Positions 58,290-64,000 of a stretch of DNA of 64,000 nucleotides are shown here, one piece after another. Within the stretch, counting starts at the first letter, position 1; each line of letters starts with the position of its first letter. The DNA comes from Eledone cirrhosa. Lineage: Eukaryota. Below the pieces are notes generated by a model, which searched no databases, had not been told where the DNA came from, and saw only the letters and a list, made by a program, of their open reading frames with translations. Both the position numbers and the translations under genes were made by a program. The stretch spans positions 5,270,001 through 5,334,000 of the forward strand of contig OZ024758.1 of assembly GCA_964016885.1 (NCBI GenBank). Reading direction: 5' to 3'.

Positions 58290-60273
58290 TATATATATAT
58301 ATATATTATATATATATTATATTATATATATATATATATATATATATTATATTATATATATTTATATTATATATATATATATATATATATTATATTATAT
58401 ATATTTATATTATATTATATATATATATATATATTATATTATATATATATATATATTATATTATATATATATATATATTATATTATATATATATATATAT
58501 TATATTATATATATATATATATTATATTATATATATATTATATTATATATATATTATATTATATATATATATTATATTATATATATATATTATATTATAT
58601 TATATTATATATATATATTTATATTATATATATATATTTATATTATATATATATATTTATATTATATATATATATTTATATTATATTATATATATTTATA
58701 TTATATTATATATATTTATATTATATTATATATATTTATATTATATTATATATATATATTATATTATATATATATTTATATTATATATATATTTATATTA
58801 TATATATTTATATTATATATATTTATATTATATATATTATATTATATTATATTATATTATATTATATTATATATATTATATTATATATATTTATATTATA
58901 TTATATATATATATTATATTATATATATATATTATATTATATATATATATTATATTATATATATAATATATAAACAAACACTTTCTTCTTTTCTTGTTTC
59001 CTTAATATTTACCACCATTCCGTTGGTATACATCTCTGTCGCAATTTACACCTGAAAATATCACCGAGTTCCTACGCAAAGTGGCCACTGAAATGTGTAG
59101 TGTTTTTCAGAAATAAATAATTAAGGAAATTCAAGATAGTTGGCCTCCTGTCCTTTCACTTCATTATTTGGCAGTATTGGTACAGGGTCAGACATGCTTT
59201 CCAGCGTAGTTACGTCCCTTTACGATCTGAGTTCAAATCCTGCTGAGGTTATCTTTGCCTTACAGAGGTCGATAAAATAAAGTACTGGGTAATTGCTGGC
59301 CTTGTGCCAAAAGTAGAAACAATTATATATATATAGGAAAACTTGTGAAATCCTTGGTACAGTTACGTTTAATTTAAAGGAAAATTATGACTTCACTTGT
59401 AGTTCGAAACAATTTAATCTAATTTTACAATTTTTGTTTTTTTTTTCGATCTACAAAACCAAATTGTACAATTAGATTAAATTGTTTAGAACTACAAGTA
59501 AAGTCATACTTTTCCTTTTTTTATAATTATATATATATATATTAATTATATAATATCAATTTACATATGTATATATATAAACATACATATATATAAACAT
59601 ACATACATATGTTAATATATATGTATGTATGTAAACAGAAATAACAATAACAAACGGCACAGTACAGGGAAGGAATTTATTGCTTAAAACAGTAGGAAAG
59701 GAGTCGTAACGTTTCGGACGCTTGTCTTTTATCAGAAGAGAGGATGAGAAATTAAAGAATAAATAAAGATGAAGAATAGGCGGAAGAAGGGCGGAAAAAT
59801 AGGTCCATTCATATTGCCATCTCTTGAAAAACTGTTGATGGTGGCCTTTTGTATATGATATACATCTCTTTGAAAAGTTGGTGATGGAGCACGTCTATCT
59901 GAAAAGAAAACAAACGTTTTGTATAAAGAGCTGAGCATGAGCATATACGTGTGTGTGCTTGTAAGTATGGAGCTTTGAGCAAAAGTATGTGTATATAAGT
60001 GAGCATACAATATGAAATAATTGTTTTTACTTTTGGCACAAGGCCAGCAATTATCCCAGTGCATTACTGGTACTTTATTTTATGAAATAATTTAATCTAA
60101 TAAGCCTTTTTTTTATATTTTCTCTTTCTTGCAGAAGATTAGCAAAATCTACATTGGTATTAATTCCATTGTTTGGCATCCATTACATAGTATTTGGTGG
60201 AATACCTGATAGATTGGATGTAAAGACTGAGCTGGTTAAACTATACTTCGATATGTTTTTTAATTCTTTACAG
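13412..60273 (+). CDS. Class B1 (secretin-family) GPCR, PTH/PTHrP-receptor-like; partial spliced CDS of 10 exons (13412-13523, 19369-19476, 39236-39354, 44716-44810, 45722-45887, 49150-49306, 50627-50687, 51689-51758, 54661-54746, 60135-60273)
   Basis: The exons join in frame (phases 0-1-1-0-2-0-1-2-0-2-0) with canonical AG/GT sites. Family motifs: [13 protein letters not shown]-x3-GTW...WTNYTLC (6 ECD cysteines), [69 protein letters not shown]. The long ECL1 (EGVGFASDV...EEGTHWQCK) is typical of invertebrate PTHR-like receptors. Confidence 0.93.
13995..14175 (-). mobile_element. SINE family A
   Basis: Near-full-length match to the other family A copies. Confidence 0.85.
17190..17565. mobile_element. 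376-bp inverted repeat (179-bp arms, 18-nt loop, about 4 mismatches) carrying a hammerhead motif
   Basis: 17190-17368 pairs with 17387-17565; TA-rich flanks. Confidence 0.88.
17407..17445 (+). ncRNA. Minimal type I hammerhead ribozyme (mirror copy at 17310-17348, - strand)
   Basis: UGAAC-CUGAAGA-U-UGC(GAAA)GCA-U-GAAAG-UA-CUU|GUUCA: 5-bp stem I, GNRA-capped stem II and a self-complementary AAGUACUU in place of stem III. Confidence 0.7.
17637..18270 (-). mobile_element. Penelope-like terminal fragment, same family as 11542-12135, with a hammerhead at 17802-17843 (-)
   Basis: Shares tttcgtttctgaatttgtttagcaagattc…gtgacctcttcagtgactgg; bounded by (TA)n at both ends. Confidence 0.7.
19369..19476 (+). 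CDS. GPCR exon: hormone-binding domain ([36 protein letters not shown])
   Basis: Long pyrimidine tract, acceptor cag, donor gtaagt, and the class B signature C-x3-WD-x3-CWP-x11-CP. Confidence 0.95.
20644..20865. repeat. 38-bp tandem repeat, about 6 copies
   Basis: Unit CTCTCTTTCAACCAGTTCACATCTTGTTGAAACAGAGC. Confidence 0.92.
23536..23793 (-). mobile_element. SINE family B (RTE-like tail subfamily)
   Basis: Reverse complement of the 35099-35440 copy; further copies at 28375-28640 and 30590-30960. Confidence 0.82.
26016..26220. repeat. 40-bp tandem repeat, 5 copies
   Basis: Unit TGTAGTGGCGCTGTAGTGACATACAGTGTTTCTTGGGCGC. Confidence 0.92.
26222..26478 (-). mobile_element. SINE family A variant with a different 3' tail
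   Basis: Same central domain; the tail ctggcggagcccatccctctcc…gatttcc is shared with 20350-20595 and 39447-39505. Confidence 0.7.
29090..29340. repeat. (CAT/CAC)n trinucleotide repeat
   Basis: Direct reading of the sequence. Confidence 0.95.
29453..30042 (-). mobile_element. Three head-to-tail family A SINE copies
   Basis: Units at about 29453-29670, 29683-29848 and 29858-30042, each followed by tagtaatataat. Confidence 0.85.
31483..31916. repeat. (CT)n compound microsatellite with GCTTG interruptions
   Basis: Direct reading of the sequence. Confidence 0.95.
33017..33494. mobile_element. Two piggyBac-type MITEs (33017-33234 and 33287-33494)
   Basis: TTAA|CCCTTTAGCATTTA … TAAATG[A/C]TAAAGGG|TTAA. 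Further copies at about 35758-36162 and 40645-41074. Confidence 0.82.
35099..35440 (+). mobile_element. SINE family B, full length
   Basis: tRNA-like head TGGCTTAGTGGTTAGAGC…GAGTTCAATTCTC; the 3' tail cccgtcccacccttgcaagcaaggaaaagcggacg matches the RTE LINE end at 2641-2676 and is followed by (GAT)n. Confidence 0.87.
37300..37600. repeat. 13-bp minisatellite (CTATATGTATATA)n
   Basis: Direct reading of the sequence. Confidence 0.9.
37607..37942 (-). mobile_element. Short element with about 80-bp imperfect terminal inverted repeats enclosing a hammerhead motif
   Basis: 37607-37690 pairs with 37859-37942; a related copy at 20883-21122 has lost stem II. Confidence 0.72.
37738..37782 (-). ncRNA. 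Type I hammerhead ribozyme with GUC cleavage site
   Basis: CUGUA-CUGAUGA-A-GGG(uaaucu)CCC-A-GAA-ACA(uuag)UGU-C|UGCAG: all three stems present, with an A-A apposition at the base of stem II. Confidence 0.72.
38760..39065. mobile_element. Non-autonomous hAT (Charlie-like) element
   Basis: TIRs CAGGCATGGGCAACCT / AGGCTGCCCATGACTA; 8-bp target-site duplication gtttagac / gtttagat. Confidence 0.82.
39236..39354 (+). CDS. GPCR exon: ECD C-terminal part ([40 protein letters not shown])
   Basis: Acceptor tatag and donor CAG|gtaagc. R-x-C-x2-NG-x-W and W-x-NY-x2-C motifs. Confidence 0.95.
41470..41960 (+). mobile_element. RTE-clade LINE 3' remnant with an internal duplication
   Basis: Translates as [38 protein letters not shown]; the segment at about 41525-41635 is repeated at about 41647-41760. 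Confidence 0.75.
44716..44810 (+). CDS. GPCR exon: TM1 ([32 protein letters not shown])
   Basis: ttcag ... gtaagt boundaries; GY-x-LSL-x-SL TM1 motif; 95 nt. Confidence 0.95.
45059..45372. mobile_element. Tail-to-tail inverted pair of family A SINEs
   Basis: + copy at 45059-45210 and - copy at 45224-45372. Confidence 0.87.
45722..45887 (+). CDS. GPCR exon: ICL1/TM2/ECL1 ([55 protein letters not shown])
   Basis: accag ... gtaaga boundaries; RLHC-x-RN-x-IH-x-NLF signature. Confidence 0.96.
46311..46475. repeat. 25-bp tandem repeat (GGTG[G/A]AATGTGTGTATATACAGTTA), about 6 copies
   Basis: Direct reading of the sequence. Confidence 0.9.
46510..46835 (+). mobile_element. tRNA-derived SINE (family B head, different body)
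   Basis: A/B boxes followed by TTGAGCAAGATACTTTATTTC; related heads at 43946-44200 and 46895-47065. Confidence 0.75.
48793..49125. mobile_element. MITE with nested family A SINE, second copy
   Basis: Same TIRs and same internal SINE position as 9249-9753. Confidence 0.8.
49150..49306 (+). CDS. GPCR exon: TM3/ICL2/start of TM4 ([53 protein letters not shown])
   Basis: ctttcag ... gtaaat boundaries; NY-x-W-x3-E-x-LYLH and GWG motifs. Confidence 0.96.
50627..50687 (+). CDS. GPCR exon: TM4 ([21 protein letters not shown])
   Basis: aaacag ... gtgagt boundaries; 61-nt phase 1-2 exon; W-x3-R motif. Confidence 0.9.
51689..51758 (+). CDS. GPCR exon: ECL2/TM5 ([23 protein letters not shown])
   Basis: ccatag ... 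gtaagt boundaries; CW motif and WI-x-RGPI. Confidence 0.95.
51950..52482. repeat. 53-bp minisatellite, about 10 copies
   Basis: Unit AATAGACGGCGGTTTGTATCATCTTATCAGTAGCGTCGTGCGCTGTGTCCATA. Confidence 0.93.
53853..53938 (+). ncRNA. Hammerhead-like motif with extended stem II
   Basis: CUGACGA-GCU…long hairpin (AGGAACGA/UCGUUCCU)…AGU-GAAAC-AUAU-GUA; stem I is weak. Degenerate relatives at 53478-53564 (+) and 12290-12354 (-). Confidence 0.55.
54661..54746 (+). CDS. GPCR exon: TM5/ICL3 ([29 protein letters not shown])
   Basis: tttccag ... gtaaag boundaries; NF-x2-F-x-N-x2-R-x-L-x2-KL motif. Confidence 0.95.
55313..55372 (+). ncRNA. Degenerate hammerhead motif (GAGA instead of GAAA)
   Basis: UAUAC-CUGAUGA-…ACCG/CGGU…-GAG-AUG(uu)CAU-A|GUAUA, followed by AATAAA. 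Confidence 0.55.
56227..58975. repeat. Very long AT-only low-complexity tract with an inverted duplication (56227-57913)
   Basis: The unique flank taacttcccagtcgtcataactgctttttttcttgttt recurs inverted at about 57875-57913. Confidence 0.9.
60135..60273 (+). CDS. GPCR exon: TM6/ECL3/TM7 start ([46 protein letters not shown])
   Basis: ttgcag ... CAG|gtgagt boundaries; AKSTL-x-LIPLFG-x-HY motif. Confidence 0.96.
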
Positions 60274-60399
60274 GTGAGTATTTTACATTGAATATCATGT
60301 GATTGGGGACACGTGGTCTATTATATTATTTTGTTATCATCAAAAAGTCATTGGTAATTTATTGTTAAAGACTAAATAATAATATAACATACAGGTTTA

Positions 60400-62400
60400 T
60401 ATATAATATATATTTATATACATTAAATATTTATATACATTATATATAATATATATTTATATACATTAAATATTTATATACATTATATATATAAATATAT
60501 TTATATACATTATATATATATATATAATATATATAAATATATATTATATATCTATATACATTATATATATATATCTATATACATTATATATATAATATAT
60601 ATATATATATAATATATATAAATATATATTATATATCTATATACATTATATATATATATCTATATACATTATATATATATATCTATATACATTATATATA
60701 TAATATATATAATATATATATAAATATATATTATATATATATAATATATATATATTATATATAATATATAATATATATATAAATATATATTATATATAAT
60801 ATATATATATAATATATATATAAATATATATTATATATAATATATATATAAATATATATTATATATAATATATATATATAATATATATATTATATATAAT
60901 ATATATATATAATATATATATATTATATATATATATATCTATATACATTATATATATAATATATATTATATATAATATATATATATAATATATATATTAT
61001 ATATAATATATATATATAATATATATTATATATAATATATATATATAATATATATATTATATATAATATATATCTATATATATTATATATAATATATATA
61101 TATAATATATATATATTATATATATATATCTATATACATTATATATATAATATATATAAATATATATTATATATATATATCTATATACATTATATATATA
61201 ATATATATATATAAATATATATATAAATATATATTTAATATATATATAAATATATATTATATGAATATATATTATATATAAATATATATTATATAAATAT
61301 ATATTATATATAAATATATATTATATAAATATATATTATATATAAATATATATTATATAAATATATATTATATATAAATATATATTATATAAATATATAT
61401 TATATATAAATATATATTATATAAATATATATTATATATAAATATATATTATATAAATATATATTATATAAATATATATTATATATATTATATATATATA
61501 TATAAATATATAAATATATATTATATATATATATAAATATATATATATAAATATATATTATATATAAATATATATTATATATAAATATATATTATATATA
61601 AATATATATTATATATAAATATATTATATATAAATATATATATATAAATATATATTATATATAAATATATATTATATATAAATATATATTATATATAAAT
61701 ATATATTATATATAAATATATATTATATATAAATATATATTATATATAAATATATATTATATATAAATATATATTATATATAAATATATATTATATATAA
61801 ATATATATTATATATAAATATATATTATATATAAATATATATTATATATAAATATATATTATATATAAATATATATTATATATAAATATATATTATATAT
61901 AAATATATATTATATATAAATATGTATTATATATAAATATATATTATATATAAATATATATTATATATAAATATATATTATATATAAATATATATTATAT
62001 ATAAATATATATTATATATATTATATATATTATATATATTATATATATTATATATATTATATATATTATATATAAATATATAAATATATATTATATATAA
62101 ATATATATTATATATAAATATATATTATATATAAATATATATTATATATAAATATATATTATATATAAATATATATTATATATAAATATATATTATATAT
62201 AAATATATATTATATATAAATATATATTATATTTATATAAATATATATTATATATAAATATATATTATATATAAATATATATTATATTTATATAAATATA
62301 TATTATATATATATTTGTATTCATTATATATATATATATGTATATACATTATATATATTATATATATTATATATTTATATTATATACTTTATATACATTA
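60400..62400. repeat. AT-rich low-complexity/minisatellite tract (about 18-bp ATATATTATATATAAAT-type units)
   Basis: Direct reading of the sequence. Confidence 0.92.
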
Positions 62401-62473
62401 TATATACAAAAATAAAACGAACGGCACAGTACATGGAAAAATCTATTAGTTTAACGCTTCACATAGCAGGAAG

Positions 62474-62510
62474 AGTCATAACGTTTCGGACACTAGTCCT
62501 TCATCAGAAA
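62474..62510 (-). ncRNA. Hammerhead core motif (minimal, Penelope-type)
   Basis: CUGAUGA-A-GGAC(uagu)GUCC-GAAACGUUA with palindromic AACGUU; stem I is not evident. A degenerate paralog lies at 59701-59740. Confidence 0.5.
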
Positions 62511-62707
62511 ATAGAATATAAAGAATAAGAGAAAGGAACAGAAACGGACCAACGCACTTCTAACCGTTTATTCTTGTCCTTTTAAGATTTTACCCGACGC
62601 CATCATTGGGAGCATTTTGCTGTTTTGGCAGCTATCCTTGCGTTGAGGTTTTCTCTTTATTCTATAAATTCTAATACACTCGCGCCTCAACACGATTTTC
62701 GAGTAAA

Positions 62708-62749
<42 letters not shown>

Positions 62750-64000
62750 GAGAGTGTGGTAAGATACCAGATGGACCATAACACACCAGAGTACTCGATA
62801 CTTGGGGTAGTAGAGTGGGTAATATGAAAAGATTCGGGACCCCGATGGCTGAGCTCCGGCCATCGCATCTAGCTGTCGAAATGGCCGGAGCTCAGCCGTC
62901 GGGGTTCTGAATCTTTTCCTATATATGTATATATATAGAGATAGATACATACATACATACACACATACATGCAGGCAGATAGATAGATAGCAAAATGTGT
63001 CAAATATGGAAAGAAAAATGCCGTTTATTTTACACATGAGTTCCCATCGCTGTTCAATTTGACTGATATAACTTCGTTAATGTCCGCTTATATCAAATAT
63101 TACATTTCAATCCGATTGAATAATTTTTTCGTGCAATAAATTCAAATATCGTATGATTATAAGAATTATGTGAAAATGATATCCTGGTTCTGACTCTGAC
63201 ACAAAATATATTTGATTATATATCACTGCACGAAATTATATAACAGTGTTGTTGAAGTAGTGTGTGTGTATATATATATATGTGTGTGTGCGTGTGTTTA
63301 ACATACACAGATACATACACGCGCACACACAAATATACACACAAATACACACAGTTATGTATGTATATATCTATATGTGTGTGTGTGCAATTCATAGATA
63401 CAAATAAATACACACATTTATGTATGTATATATGTATATTTGTGTGTGCGTGTCTGTATCTGTGTATGTTAAACAGACACACACACGCATTCATAGACAC
63501 ATATGCGCATGTCTGTTTTATTTTACAATTAAAAAAAAAAATCGCAATTTAATGGTGGCAGTTCAATCACGTGACCCGAAGCTGTCATTCTTAAAACTCG
63601 TCAATGGAGAATCAAATCATTTTACAAAATATGTTTGTTTCTTTCTCTTTTGTTATTTTCTCATAAAATTATTTGTGCAAATCTATGAACTTTCATTAAT
63701 TCTGTCTCTCTTTCCACGTATATTTCTTTCTTTCTTGTTAATAAATATAATATTTTATTTAAAGTGTGAATATTCGATGGGAAATCATTATTCTATTCTT
63801 TCATAATATACTTTTGTTATTTAGTATAGTTAGAAAAATGTTCTTCTATTTGGCAAGATAATCATAACCGTATGTATTTCCTGTTTCAATTAAATAGCGT
63901 AAATACAGGATTTATTTTCTCGCTGAAAAAGTTAAGAGCAGGTAATTAGGCAGAAATATGTTGGAATATAATGCCACGGCCATATTGGAGAGGGGGTTTG

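Noticed and set aside
56259-58966. ORFs of 363 and 356 aa rich in Y/I/L
   Set aside because: Translations of AT-only low-complexity DNA.
63909-63941. Next GPCR exon (TM7, expected G-x-x-V-x-x-x-x-CF-x-N-x-E)
   Set aside because: The cag|…|gtaatt segment reads DLFSR* in the required phase with no motif. The true exon lies beyond the window.

Overview
AT-rich, microsatellite-dense eukaryotic DNA. The repeat families look like those of a coleoid cephalopod such as Octopus, which is an inference. The only supported host gene is a + strand class B1 (secretin-family) GPCR, most like invertebrate PTH/PTHrP-receptor-like proteins. I joined ten GT-AG exons by hand (13412-60273, 1113 nt, 371 codons, all phases compatible, no stops). 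They cover the 6-Cys extracellular hormone-binding domain through the start of TM7. The signal-peptide exon and the C-terminal exons were not found in the window. Nearly all ORFs in the supplied track are microsatellite artefacts. The introns contain tRNA-derived SINEs, MITEs (pogo/mariner-, hAT- and piggyBac-type), RTE, CRE and mariner remnants, and minisatellites. The most striking signal is a set of unrelated short elements, mostly inserted next to (TA)n tracts, that carry minimal type I hammerhead ribozyme motifs and/or form long fold-back palindromes (for example a perfect 537-bp palindrome at 11542-12078). This resembles a Penelope-like or retrozyme-like system. All coordinates were read manually, and repeat boundaries are approximate.
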